The translations under genes and the position numbers were made by a program. The notes beneath the pieces are model-generated. The model was not told the DNA's origin, did no database searches, and was given only the letters and a program-made list of their open reading frames with translations. 64,000 bases of DNA from assembly GCA_902798205.1 (NCBI GenBank), contig CADBVV010000004.1, forward strand, positions 21,572 to 85,571, in the 5' to 3' direction. Shown piece after piece: positions 51,422 to 61,106 of the stretch. The first letter of the stretch is position 1, and each line of letters begins with the position of its first letter. This DNA comes from an uncultured Pseudomonadota bacterium. GTDB taxonomy: Bacteria > Pseudomonadota > Alphaproteobacteria > Rs-D84.

Positions 51422-52264
51422 TTATATTTTAAATTCTGTATTTGCACGAATTTGTTTTAATATTCTGGCATCCGATCGGAAAGGACCGGGAACCATAGAC
51501 ACCGCCCCAGCAACAGCATCCAGCCCATCATCGTGTTCTTTTGAGCCCATCGGTGAAAAGGCCAACATTTCTGATAACAACATTGTTTGTTTTATCTTTT
51601 CATGCATATAAAGATGCCCCGTTGACAATAACGGTTCCAATGTATTTAAAATTCGTGTTTCTTTTTTTGTATGATTTGAAATTTGTGTGATATTTATTTG
51701 AATCTTGCGATTAAGTGCAACATTACGCATAATTTCTGGCAGCGCATTTCCAATACCATTTATTTCTATGCCTATTCTTGTTAAATGGTGTTGTTGCATA
51801 AAATTCAACACACAATCACATTGATTACTTAAAGGGTGCATATCATCATCATCAACCCGCATATACAAAATATCATGCACAAAAACATTTCTGTTTTTAT
51901 CATCACGATAAATAAGTGCACAAACACTGCCATCGCAATTTTGTTGTCCTGTTGATGGGTCCCAATAAAATGCACATCCTGTGATAATATTATCCCCGAT
52001 TCGATTGTTATAAATATCGTCTTCATAAAAATGAACCGCGCCTGGATCCAGGTGAATTCGTTCTTCTGAAACATATTCCAACATCATCTGCGCTGAAAAA
52101 TGTCGTGGACCAACGATATCTTCCATTTCGTGTATTTTTTCCAGCGGAAACATTTCTGGCCAGGCCGGATTTCCGGCGCTGTCCAGTATTGGTATTTTCA
52201 ATTGTTTATACCCATGTAAAAAAGGTATTGAATTCTGAAAATTTTCGTTTAATCTAATGGACAT
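51422..52264 (-). CDS. terminase large subunit, C-terminal (nuclease) part (T7 gp19 residues after the ATPase domain)
   Basis: [20 protein letters not shown] matches T7 [36 protein letters not shown] matches [26 protein letters not shown] matches ILVIDPSGRG. The first ATG (MSIRL) is at 52264; the ORF-track start at 52339 is a TTG. Confidence 0.6.
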   Translation of the reverse strand: [280 protein letters not shown]

Positions 52265-53810
52265 GGACTTTACTCCGAAAACTTTACCTACTAATTTAGA
52301 AGCCGAACAAGCTGTATTGGCCGCGGTATTGATGAACAACCGCGCTTTGGAATCTGTATCGGACTTTTTGTTACCAGAACACTTTTCGCATCCGGCACAC
52401 CAAGAAATTTATCGTCTTGCAATGCGTCAATTTGCTGTCGGGGTACCATTTGATATAATCACTGCCAAAACATACCTTGAACAACAGGGAACATTGGAAA
52501 GTGTTGGTGGTGTTGAATATTTATCTAAATTGGCATCTGCAGGATCTACCGTTGTTAATGTTGAACATTATGGACGTATTGTTTTTGATAATGCACGCCG
52601 TCGTGATTTAATCCACCTGGGACAAAGCATTATCGATGATGCATATACCGAAGATTTGGATAAAACGGTAAACGCCCAAATAGAATCTGCAGAACAACAA
52701 TTATTCAATCTGGCCTCAACCGGACAAAGCGAACATAACGTTGTATCGTTGGCCGATGCTTTGCAAAGCGCTTTACAAGAAGCCGCCATTGCATACAAAG
52801 CAGATGGTAAATTATCAGGTCTTACAACCGGACTGGATGATTTAGATAAATCAATCAGTGGTTTACATCATTCCGATTTAATTATTATTGCTGGTCGTCC
52901 AGGTATGGGTAAAACAACATTGGCAATGAATATTGCTTTCAATGCTGCAAACGCTATTTTAAACGGACGCGCAAATAATCAATACAAAGGCGCAGTTGCT
53001 TTCTTCAGTCTTGAAATGTCGTATTCACAATTGGCGGCACGCGTATTGTCTTCCCAATCAAAAATACCGGCATCACATATGCGCGATGGTAATTTGACAG
53101 ACGAAGATTTTACAAAAATGTCACAATACAGTGATGCATTATCAAAGGTTCCTGTGGTTATTGATGACACAGCAAATATGTCTGTGGCGGCAATAAAAAC
53201 ACGCGCACGTCGTATTGCACGTCAATTTAATGGTTTGGCATTGATTGTTATCGACTATTTACAGTTGATGACTTCACCTGGTGGAAAACACAGCGACAAC
53301 CGTGTCCAAGAATTATCTGAAATCACACGTGGATTAAAGATATTGGCCAAAGAAATGGATGTTCCTGTTATTGCATTGTCCCAATTATCACGAAGCGTTG
53401 AACAACGTGATGATAAAAGACCTGTGTTATCAGATTTGCGTGAATCTGGATCTATCGAACAAGATGCGGATATTGTTATGTTCACATACCGTGAAGAATA
53501 TTATCTTGAAGGACGTTCCCCGGATAAAAAATTATCTGGCACCGCATCTGAACAATCTATGCAAAATTGGCAAAAACGGTTGGACAATGTTCGTAACAAA
53601 GCAGATATTATTATCGCCAAGAACCGTCATGGTAAACCAGAAACTGTTCATTTAAGTTTCACCGGTGAATATTACCTGTTTGATAACCTTAATCAATATG
53701 GCGTTCAACCTTTCCCTGATACCAACATTGAACAACAATATACCGCCCCTGTTGACAATAACATACAAACAGTTGCCGATATTAATGATATTCCTGATGA
53801 TATGATTTAA
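52257..53810 (+). CDS. dnaB: replicative DNA helicase DnaB
   Basis: N-terminal LEAEQAVLAAVL, Walker A GRPGMGKTT, LIVIDYLQLM and SQLSRSVEQRDDKRPVLSDLRESGSIEQDAD motifs. 517 aa. Confidence 0.85.
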   Translation: MDMDFTPKTLPTNLEAEQAVLAAVLMNNRALESVSDFLLPEHFSHPAHQEIYRLAMRQFAVGVPFDIITAKTYLEQQGTLESVGGVEYLSKLASAGSTVVNVEHYGRIVFDNARRRDLIHLGQSIIDDAYTEDLDKTVNAQIESAEQQLFNLASTGQSEHNVVSLADALQSALQEAAIAYKADGKLSGLTTGLDDLDKSISGLHHSDLIIIAGRPGMGKTTLAMNIAFNAANAILNGRANNQYKGAVAFFSLEMSYSQLAARVLSSQSKIPASHMRDGNLTDEDFTKMSQYSDALSKVPVVIDDTANMSVAAIKTRARRIARQFNGLALIVIDYLQLMTSPGGKHSDNRVQELSEITRGLKILAKEMDVPVIALSQLSRSVEQRDDKRPVLSDLRESGSIEQDADIVMFTYREEYYLEGRSPDKKLSGTASEQSMQNWQKRLDNVRNKADIIIAKNRHGKPETVHLSFTGEYYLFDNLNQYGVQPFPDTNIEQQYTAPVDNNIQTVADINDIPDDMI

Positions 53811-53876
53811 TTTTTACTTGCCAAGTCTGTAAAAATTGACTAATATTTTGTCAACATGATATCAAGGAGTCAGATT

Positions 53877-54884
53877 ATGGCACAAGAAGAAATCATTTTT
53901 CCAAATAATATTCGCAATATTCGTGCAAGCAAGGGCCTGAAAATGACCGAATTGGCACGTCGTGCTAATTTATCACTTTCTGCTGTATCCAAAATTGAAA
54001 AAGGCGTTCGTCGTCTTAATCAAAAACAGTTATTAAATGTATGCACAATATTGGGTTGCAAATTGTCAGATATATTTATTCATGAATCTGATTCTGTTGC
54101 ACAAAATTGGCAAAATGAAATCAAACGCCGTTTAACTGACAACGAAGACAGCGGTTTAAAGATTTTCGGTTCTGGCCTTCGCAAGATTCGCCAACGCAGC
54201 GAAAAAACTATTGCCCAGGCTGCCAAGGCTGCAAAAATGACATTGTCCGTTTATCATAAAATCGAAGTCGGGCAACGCGAAGTTTATGAAAACGAAATTG
54301 AAACTTTGGCGCATGCTTTTGGATATACTGCGTCTGAAATGTTTGATGAAATCGCGAAACTTTACAAGGCTGGCGAATTAACAAAACAAATTAACAAAGT
54401 AAAAGAACGTGTTAAATCTGTTTTGGAACCGGTTAACCCAATGTCTGGTTTGGACGTTCATGGTGGTCTTTATGGTGCACAACTTTACGATAATGCACGT
54501 AAAAAATTGGTTCCTGTATTTGGGAAACCATCCGGAAAAAACATCCAATTGAAAAAATCTGACGAAACAATGATTGTTGCACCTGCTGCATTAGAAGGTC
54601 GCAACGGAATCTATGCTGTTATACCTAATTCCAAAAGATCTGGTGGATTTATACCAGAATCTTCATATGTTTTCGTAGATGCAACAGCTAAACCAAATGT
54701 TGGTGATTTGGCCGTATGCATAAACGAAGATTTCGCAAAATTATCATCCGATGATGTCGTTAACGCACAAATTGTTGTCGTACGTCAAGACAGTCATGGA
54801 AAAACCTTTGGCCATGTTTCTAACCCAGATGAAAAAGTCACAGGAAAAACATTGCACAAGGTTGTTATGATAGTTATGCAATAA
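53877..54884 (+). CDS. CI-like repressor: two HTH_XRE domains plus C-terminal S24 (LexA-like) peptidase-like domain
   Basis: Tandem HTH segments (LKMTELARRANLSLSAVSKIEKG; RSEKTIAQAAKAAKMTLSVYHKIEVG). C-terminal beta-rich domain. ATG at 53877 after AAGGAG. Confidence 0.5.
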   Translation: MAQEEIIFPNNIRNIRASKGLKMTELARRANLSLSAVSKIEKGVRRLNQKQLLNVCTILGCKLSDIFIHESDSVAQNWQNEIKRRLTDNEDSGLKIFGSGLRKIRQRSEKTIAQAAKAAKMTLSVYHKIEVGQREVYENEIETLAHAFGYTASEMFDEIAKLYKAGELTKQINKVKERVKSVLEPVNPMSGLDVHGGLYGAQLYDNARKKLVPVFGKPSGKNIQLKKSDETMIVAPAALEGRNGIYAVIPNSKRSGGFIPESSYVFVDATAKPNVGDLAVCINEDFAKLSSDDVVNAQIVVVRQDSHGKTFGHVSNPDEKVTGKTLHKVVMIVMQ

Positions 54885-54914
54885 TATGCATAAATCAGGG
54901 ACAGGAGAGATAAC

Positions 54915-55559
54915 ATGCAACAACAAGCTCATACAATCGCACAGCGTTTATTGAACCTTTACCGCCAGGCACACGTTATCGAAGGTGGCTGGACGGCTGT
55001 TAACAAGGTTTTCATTGCAGAATCAAACGATGCCCAGGTTATATCCGAATTGGAAAATATGCCGACTGGTAAAAAGCTTGTTGCACACATAAACAATCTT
55101 CGCAGTGGCAAAACACCTATGGATTCAATTGATAAAGATTTATTGCCATATGGTGGTTTAATGTCTTCTGATTCAAAATCAAATGCTTCTTTGACAGAAA
55201 ACGAAATCAATCAATTAAAATTGTTATTGGATGAATTCCAACCAACAACAGATAATCTTAATACAATCAAACAATTACCTTTTGTTCAAAAATTCGGCAA
55301 CGATTGGATTGACAGCATTGAATCTGCAATTGCATTTGATAAAGATATGATTTCCAAATGGAAAACTGTTGCACAAACAGACAAGGCTTATCGTATCTGG
55401 GACACTGCCAAGGAATTAGTATCTGAAACATTAACAGAACGCAATCGCGCACAAATCCAAGCAGACATGCCTGAATTCGAAACATATCTTCCTATGTTTG
55501 GCGATACAGGTAATGAAATGTTATCGAAACTTCGCACATTTATGTCATCGCTTGCATAA
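54915..55559 (+). CDS. hypothetical protein (214 aa)
   Basis: ATG with a GGAGAG Shine-Dalgarno. Its stop is 1 nt from the stop of the convergent terminase-N ORF. Confidence 0.4.
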   Translation: MQQQAHTIAQRLLNLYRQAHVIEGGWTAVNKVFIAESNDAQVISELENMPTGKKLVAHINNLRSGKTPMDSIDKDLLPYGGLMSSDSKSNASLTENEINQLKLLLDEFQPTTDNLNTIKQLPFVQKFGNDWIDSIESAIAFDKDMISKWKTVAQTDKAYRIWDTAKELVSETLTERNRAQIQADMPEFETYLPMFGDTGNEMLSKLRTFMSSLA

Positions 55560-55560
55560 A

Positions 55561-56202
55561 TTATTCCGTTTTATATATCGTGTTTTGTGTATGTGGGGTT
55601 CCAATGAATATCATTGTCCCCTTTGGCGATAATATAAAATCTAATTCACGCAATCTTTCACGCAGATTTATTCGTTTTTGTGCTGTATTGCAAGTGTTTG
55701 GCACTTCGACGTCATCACAAATTATCAAGTCTGCACGCATACCAGTTATGTTACCGGAAATTCCCTGACAAATAACAGATGGTTCACGAATCCCTATTGG
55801 TCTGTTAATTGTTATTTTATGTGTTCCCCACTCTTTTTTTACATCTGGGACAATACCTTCACACCACGGATGGTTTTCCAGTATGTTTTTTATATGTGCA
55901 ACCATACGCGATGCCAACCCTGATTCCGCAGATAATATTAGAATTCTGCTTTCTGGTTTATGATACAAAACACACGCAGCGAACACACCGACAACTGTTG
56001 ATTTACCAGAATGCCGAAAAGCGTTTAACAATCCACGATGCGGTTCATCATTAAACACACCAACCAGAAAACTTATTATCTGTTTATGATGTTCTGGTGT
56101 TTTAAGCCCTAAAATTTTATTCCATGCATCCAGAAAATTAAATGCTTCCGTAATCGTCATTGTTTTCATCATCGGCATCTTCATCAACCGAACCATAATC
56201 AT
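55561..56202 (-). CDS. terminase large subunit, N-terminal ATPase part (T7 gp19 homologue), ending right after the ATPase domain
   Basis: LLNAFRHSGKST (Walker A) matches T7 ILQAFRGIGKSF. RADLIICDDVEVP (Walker B) matches RADIIIADDVEIP. IFIGTPHTQNTIYK matches IYLGTPQTEMTLYK. Confidence 0.65.
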   Translation of the reverse strand: MIMVRLMKMPMMKTMTITEAFNFLDAWNKILGLKTPEHHKQIISFLVGVFNDEPHRGLLNAFRHSGKSTVVGVFAACVLYHKPESRILILSAESGLASRMVAHIKNILENHPWCEGIVPDVKKEWGTHKITINRPIGIREPSVICQGISGNITGMRADLIICDDVEVPNTCNTAQKRINLRERLRELDFILSPKGTMIFIGTPHTQNTIYKTE

Positions 56203-56674
56203 TTATCAAACTGTCCAGCACCGATACCAGGTTATAATACAACCCCAACACCGCACCACCAGACAATTTATCTTCTATGGTTTGAATAACATAATCTATT
56301 TTATTCAAAAGATTATCGTGAACATTTGACCACTGTGCCAAATCAAGATTTATGGTTTGGATATCCTGTAATGCAGCCAACAAAAAATTGAAATCAGAAT
56401 TCAAATCTTCTGGATCTATTTTTGATGTTGGTTGATAATCGATAACGCGCGCTAATTCTACCTGACGAAAAATATCTATGTTTTTATTAATCGCTGGCGC
56501 ATTTGCAAACACAACCACACCACCGGTAAAATTATCATTTGGATTAACATCGTATTGCGTATTATTCAATATTTCATTATCAATACTTACCTTGATATCA
56601 GATTCTTGGAAAAACGGAAAAGAAAATACAAATTCTGTATTTTCACCGTCCCCAATATAAGATATTTTATACAT
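56138..56674 (-). CDS. T7-like tail-fibre N-terminal domain protein (gp17 N-domain-like, 178 aa)
   Basis: MYKISYIGDGENTEFVFSFPFFQESDIKVSI matches the conserved tail-fibre N-terminal adaptor motif (T7 YQLDGSNRDFNIPFEYLARKFVVV). No receptor-binding part follows. Confidence 0.5.
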   Translation of the reverse strand: MYKISYIGDGENTEFVFSFPFFQESDIKVSIDNEILNNTQYDVNPNDNFTGGVVVFANAPAINKNIDIFRQVELARVIDYQPTSKIDPEDLNSDFNFLLAALQDIQTINLDLAQWSNVHDNLLNKIDYVIQTIEDKLSGGAVLGLYYNLVSVLDSLINDYGSVDEDADDENNDDYGSI

Positions 56675-56683
56675 TGATTCCCC

Positions 56684-57031
56684 CTATCCTGCTATTTTAT
56701 CGATATTGGCTAACCATGTTTTTAATATATTAGGTTTTTGAACTTTTAATTTTTTAATCTTATCGATGTTTTCTTGGTATTTTTCATCATACGGTTTTGC
56801 TGTTTCGGAACGCAGACGTTTAAGCACTGCATTTTCTGATAACCCAACACCAGTATTTCCAGACGCACCATATTTTGCACGTTGGGCAGACAAAACTTTC
56901 TTTATCAAATTTGTTTTTGTGGCTTCATCTTCTGCCATTTGTGCCAATATTTTTTGTCTTTGATTTTCTGCCGATTTTTTAGATTCTTGATAATCTAAAA
57001 CTTTTGTAACATCTGATACTAATTGTCCCAT
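56684..57031 (-). CDS. hypothetical virion-associated protein (115 aa)
   Basis: Position between the gp12-like and fibre genes. Coiled-coil-like. Confidence 0.3.
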   Translation of the reverse strand: MGQLVSDVTKVLDYQESKKSAENQRQKILAQMAEDEATKTNLIKKVLSAQRAKYGASGNTGVGLSENAVLKRLRSETAKPYDEKYQENIDKIKKLKVQKPNILKTWLANIDKIAG

Positions 57032-57046
57032 ATTTAAATCTCCTTA

Positions 57047-58759
57047 TTAAATTGAATACCATCCATCAACTGTGACAGACAATATGGTGGCGTTTAATTG
57101 TTCATCGCTGGACAACGTCCACAAAGGTTCTATTGTGTTAATTTGACATCCCAATAAATTAAGCGACAAATCACCGCTGTATCCCGGATTATCTGGTTCA
57201 TAAATATAATTAGGAATTTCAACACGATAATTATTTATGAATAAAGTCTTTGTGTTTATTACACGAACAGACATCTTGCGCGCCCGAACTTTCTTTGGAT
57301 TATGATTATTAACAATCATTGGCAACGCAGATATTTTATATGAAAAATTATATGCCTGACAATCATCCAAACAATCATCATCAAATTTTTCAAGATAAAA
57401 ATTATTCTGACGTTTAACCACGACATATGTTTTATTGTCAAAAACAGATACATATTTAAAACATCCGTCTGTAATGTATTTTCCCCACGCATTGATTTCT
57501 GTATTTGGGTGTTTATTCAAAACAGCCATATATCCATCATCCATCACAATAAATAATTGGTGTGTTGATTGATTAAACGCCAGGCTTACCGGCGTATTCA
57601 TTAAATGTTTAGACAACAAACACAAATCATTTGCATTATAATGTTGACTTAAATCATCTAAATCTAATTCACGCACATCTTTGCCTGATTGCGATATAAA
57701 GACGGTTGCGCCTTCTATCTGTTGTGGTGGCAAATAGACATCTGTTCGACTGCCAACCGATGTGTGTTGTTTAACATTTACATTTGATGGTGTTAATGGC
57801 GCGTTTAAAATCGCCCATTCACCAACAGAAGTTAATATTTGTAAATTTTCACTGCTGACTATCGTTGCTATCTGATGATGTTGCGAAGATAACAGTGTTA
57901 AAAATATTGCTTCGTCATCTAAACCCGTGCCGGCATCAAAGTTGGTATAATCGCCAACCTTTGACATCCATAAATTATTTGGCGCAGATTTTGTTCCGCC
58001 AAAAACCAATCTGTTTTGATGAAACGATACAGACATTGGCCAACCGCGCTTATTACTGAATGCCGCAACATACCAATCATAAAGTGCAGTCCCAGGAAAT
58101 GAAAAACTGCTGTTTGTATAAACTGTTACAGAACGCGCATTTTGAACAGATTGCACAATCCATTGAATATCATTAACCAACAATCTTTCGTTAACCCAAT
58201 CGTTTGACCAAAAATCTTTGTTGGTGGTAAAAACCGCGTGATTATTATCAATATCACTGTTAGATATAGTAATAGACACACCATCCATATCATCAAAACG
58301 CATAAATGGAATATTTACACTCATGTTTTGATTTACATGAAAATTGAATTGTTTTATATGAAAGCCGTCTGAATCTTTTGTAAATATCTGTGGTTTTAAA
58401 TCAGGATGCACAAAAAATATAGTATTAAATCTTTGTGCGTATTGTATTTGTTTTAAATTGATACCGTTCCATGAATTTGTAACAGATGTTATTTTTACAT
58501 CATTTTCATAAACATCTATGGTTTGGCCGTATATCACCAATAAATATTTTTCTGTTTCGCTGATTTTGAACGGCACCAATATCGCATCATTTGGTATTTG
58601 TGATATTTGTTTCAAACCAGATCTGCGCTTTAATCCACCAGATTGCAAAACATCCATATTTTCTAATACAGACAACCCATTAATACTGTTTGCGGCATAA
58701 AATTCTGGGGCAACTTCCCCAAAAGAAAACATATTTTGTGTTTTAAGAAAATTTCCCAT
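57047..58759 (-). CDS. T7-like tail tubular protein B (gp12 homologue, shortened)
   Basis: INGLSVLENMDVLQSGGLKRRSGL...EKYLLVIYGQTIDVYEN matches T7 gp12 VNGWSSETEGLQKRPPL...EQYYAVFTGSGIRVFDL. FHQNRLVFGGTKSAPNNLWMSKVGDYTNF matches FFRNRLGFLSGENIILSRTAKYFNF. Confidence 0.55.
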   Translation of the reverse strand: MGNFLKTQNMFSFGEVAPEFYAANSINGLSVLENMDVLQSGGLKRRSGLKQISQIPNDAILVPFKISETEKYLLVIYGQTIDVYENDVKITSVTNSWNGINLKQIQYAQRFNTIFFVHPDLKPQIFTKDSDGFHIKQFNFHVNQNMSVNIPFMRFDDMDGVSITISNSDIDNNHAVFTTNKDFWSNDWVNERLLVNDIQWIVQSVQNARSVTVYTNSSFSFPGTALYDWYVAAFSNKRGWPMSVSFHQNRLVFGGTKSAPNNLWMSKVGDYTNFDAGTGLDDEAIFLTLLSSQHHQIATIVSSENLQILTSVGEWAILNAPLTPSNVNVKQHTSVGSRTDVYLPPQQIEGATVFISQSGKDVRELDLDDLSQHYNANDLCLLSKHLMNTPVSLAFNQSTHQLFIVMDDGYMAVLNKHPNTEINAWGKYITDGCFKYVSVFDNKTYVVVKRQNNFYLEKFDDDCLDDCQAYNFSYKISALPMIVNNHNPKKVRARKMSVRVINTKTLFINNYRVEIPNYIYEPDNPGYSGDLSLNLLGCQINTIEPLWTLSSDEQLNATILSVTVDGWYSI

Positions 58760-58777
58760 ATAAAAACTCCTTGTATA

Positions 58778-59296
58778 TTAAAATCTGGAATCTATTAACG
58801 AAAAACTGCCGATATCAGATTGTTTTGTTGTCGTGCTGTCTATGAATTTTGCAGATTGATATTCTGATTCATACAAAGCCGTCATCATTTTAAATACATT
58901 GGCATCACCGATAAGCGGGATACAGAATTCCATTGCCAATTTCGTGGCCAATAATGTAGCAAAATATCCTGGGAACATTTCTGGTTCGGTTTTCACAACG
59001 GCCAATATTGTTATTGTATTACCTGCCGCTTTTATTTTATTGCCATTGATTTGACCATTACATTTTAAAATTCTTAATACTTCACTTGGAATTAAAAAAT
59101 CGTTGTCTTGGGTTTTATTCAAAACCAATGTTTTTGTGGCAAAACGCCATGGAAACAGCGACAACAAAGTGTCTACAGTTGGTTCAAACAAAGTTCTGGC
59201 CAATTGTGCACTGGCGCTGTCTTCACGCCAAGATTGAATTGGTTTTTCGCCCAATTTTAATAATGCCATTGAACATAAATCTATTTTTGTAAACAT
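58778..59296 (-). CDS. T7-like tail tubular protein A (gp11 homologue)
   Basis: MALLKLGEKPIQSWREDSASAQLARTLF...LSLFPWRFA matches T7 gp11 ILASIGEPPVSTLEGD..AANARRIL...QSRGWTFN. ATG at 59296 after AGGTG; the ORF-track start at 59302 is a GTG. Confidence 0.5.
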   Translation of the reverse strand: MFTKIDLCSMALLKLGEKPIQSWREDSASAQLARTLFEPTVDTLLSLFPWRFATKTLVLNKTQDNDFLIPSEVLRILKCNGQINGNKIKAAGNTITILAVVKTEPEMFPGYFATLLATKLAMEFCIPLIGDANVFKMMTALYESEYQSAKFIDSTTTKQSDIGSFSLIDSRF

Positions 59297-59366
59297 ATTC
59301 ACACCTATTTATTAAATAAAAAAATGGGGGACAAATATCCCCCAACAATATTCAACGAAAAAATTA

Positions 59367-59597
59367 TTAAGATAACGCACCAACAGTTACAACGCCTTCT
59401 GCAACTGTAATAACCTTTATCGCAGAACCATTTGAACCATTGATTAAAATGATATCGCCAGTGTTCATAAGATTTTTCAAACTGGAAAAATATCCAGATG
59501 CGGTTATTGTTGCCAATGTTACATTTTCTTTATAATGCCACAAAGTAAAACCGTTTGCGTATGCAATCACGGACAAGTTTTTATTTTGAAAAGCCAT
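59367..59597 (-). CDS. hypothetical small virion or decoration protein (76 aa)
   Basis: ATG with an AAAGGA Shine-Dalgarno. Beta-rich composition. Sits between the capsid and gp11-like genes. Confidence 0.3.
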   Translation of the reverse strand: MAFQNKNLSVIAYANGFTLWHYKENVTLATITASGYFSSLKNLMNTGDIILINGSNGSAIKVITVAEGVVTVGALS

Positions 59598-59619
59598 CTT
59601 TTTTCCTTTTGGTTATAAA

Positions 59620-60444
59620 TTATTGTGCGTCATCATCACATTTGATACGAACGATACCTTCGTTATCAATCAATACAGCACCTTGGGACATACTGTTGCT
59701 GATAAAGTGTGCAGCACGTTCACCATGCCATGTGATATCTGTTTTAACTTCTTGACCACATGCATGACCGATACTGGATGAATGATAAATAAAGCAATCA
59801 CGATCATCGTCAGTTAATGGCAAAGAATTACACAAAATCCAATTTACACCCAACCATTTACGTGATTCGCAACCATCAACCAAAGGTGTGGCACCACCAA
59901 CATAATCAGCAGAAACAAATTCATCCAACGCCAACAATTCGTTCCATTGATGTACACCAACAACAGCAAATCTGCGACCGTCATCTGGAACATCATTAGA
60001 ATTCAATTTTTCCAATGCGGCCATAATTAATGCTTTTGTTAAACCGGTTGAATAATCACCAACATATTGTGTTGCAGAATTCATTGCATTGATAATTAAT
60101 TCATCTGTTTTGCGACCCAATGCATATGCACCAGCAGAAGCAACAACGCGACGTTCATCAACATTTGTTTTTAATTCATCCAATGCATCAACCCAATCGC
60201 CCGCATAGTAATCTTGCAATGTACATTCAACAGGTGTGTGATTCAAATTCATCACAGGAACAATACCATGACGTGATTTTGTGCTGGCAATACCTTTGCC
60301 AACTTTTTGGAAAGTAGTAGAAGTCCCTACAACCCCAGATTTGCTGCGAATTGTAGAGCGTAATTTTGTGCCCATTTGCTGATAAGCCAAATGAACATCT
60401 GCTTCAAATTGTTTTACAAACACTTGATCTACAGACATAGACAT
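59620..60444 (-). CDS. T7-like major capsid protein (gp10 homologue, 274 aa)
   Basis: VFVKQFEADVHLAYQQMGTKLRSTIRSKSGVVGTSTTFQKVGKG matches the T7 gp10 pattern LFLKVFGGEVLTAFARTSVTTSRHMVRSISSGKSAQFPVLGR. AAAGGA Shine-Dalgarno. Confidence 0.55.
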   Translation of the reverse strand: MSMSVDQVFVKQFEADVHLAYQQMGTKLRSTIRSKSGVVGTSTTFQKVGKGIASTKSRHGIVPVMNLNHTPVECTLQDYYAGDWVDALDELKTNVDERRVVASAGAYALGRKTDELIINAMNSATQYVGDYSTGLTKALIMAALEKLNSNDVPDDGRRFAVVGVHQWNELLALDEFVSADYVGGATPLVDGCESRKWLGVNWILCNSLPLTDDDRDCFIYHSSSIGHACGQEVKTDITWHGERAAHFISNSMSQGAVLIDNEGIVRIKCDDDAQ

Positions 60445-60618
60445 AAGAAAATCCTTTTTGTTTAAATTAAAAGGCGCAATATGCGCAACTTGAAAATTTT
60501 TGATTTGTGGTTATGCGAAAACAATCGCGCCATAAATACAAAACACAAAAAAGGGTCCAAAAATGGATTATCCAATAAAAAATTCAGTTAGACATATGAT
60601 ATCTAACTGAAAAATTTA

Positions 60619-60652
60619 TCAAAAAAATCCCCAAAACCAGCGGTCTTGGGGA
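60619..60652 (-). terminator. intrinsic terminator downstream of the H1-like gene
   Basis: CCCCAA...TTGGGG stem followed by a T-run on the minus strand. Confidence 0.5.
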
Positions 60653-60689
60653 TAATATAAAAAATCACGCAAAATATTTGCGCAAAATC

Positions 60690-61010
60690 TTATTTTTTCT
60701 TAACTACTTTTTTAGCAGCTGGTTTTTTTGCAGGTGCTTTTTTAGCAACTACTTTTTTTGCAGCTGGTTTTTTAGCAGCAACTTTTTTTGCAGGTGCTTT
60801 TTTAGCAACTACTTTTTTAGCAGCAACTTTTTTTGCAGGTGCTTTTTTTGCAACTACTTTTTTTGCAACTGGTTTTTTAGCAGCAACTTTTTTTGCTACA
60901 GGTTTTTTTGCAGCTGGTTTTTTAGCAGCAACTTTTTTTGCAGGTGCTTTTTTTGCAGCTGGTTTTGCAGCTGGTTTTGCACATGCACATTTTTTCTTTA
61001 ATCCGAACAT
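60690..61010 (-). CDS. Lys/Ala-rich histone H1-like DNA-binding protein ([10 protein letters not shown] repeats)
   Basis: ATG at 61010 with an AAGGAGAG Shine-Dalgarno. Product [31 protein letters not shown]... The plus-strand ORF 60678..61001 is its antisense shadow. Confidence 0.7.
   Translation of the reverse strand: MFGLKKKCACAKPAAKPAAKKAPAKKVAAKKPAAKKPVAKKVAAKKPVAKKVVAKKAPAKKVAAKKVVAKKAPAKKVAAKKPAAKKVVAKKAPAKKPAAKKVVKKK
60703..60990. repeat. imperfect tandem repeats (15- and 30-bp units) encoding the AKKxA repeats
   Basis: Visible periodicity of ...gcagctggttttttagcagcaactttttttgcaggtgcttttttagcaactac... units. Confidence 0.8.
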
Positions 61011-61106
61011 GTTTCTCTCCTTATAAAGTTTTGGACAGAACAAAATTATTTTGTTCTTAATTATATTTTATATGAATCAAAACAAATAGTAAAGAATAAA
61101 AATTAT

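Noticed and set aside
52257-52339. Head-to-head overlap of dnaB and the terminase C-fragment in the ORF track
   Set aside because: The track's minus-strand start at 52339 is a TTG. The first ATG (MSIRL) is at 52264, which reduces the overlap to 8 nt. The true start of the terminase C-part may be further downstream.
60703-60990. Tandem repeats considered as a CRISPR array
   Set aside because: Repeats are 15/30-bp, in-frame, coding (AKKxA) and have no unique spacers. No cas genes nearby.
60678-61001. Plus-strand 107-aa ORF rich in F/S/C ([17 protein letters not shown]...)
   Set aside because: It is the antisense shadow of the minus-strand Lys/Ala-repeat gene, which has a strong Shine-Dalgarno and a sensible product. 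Low-complexity repeats keep both frames open.
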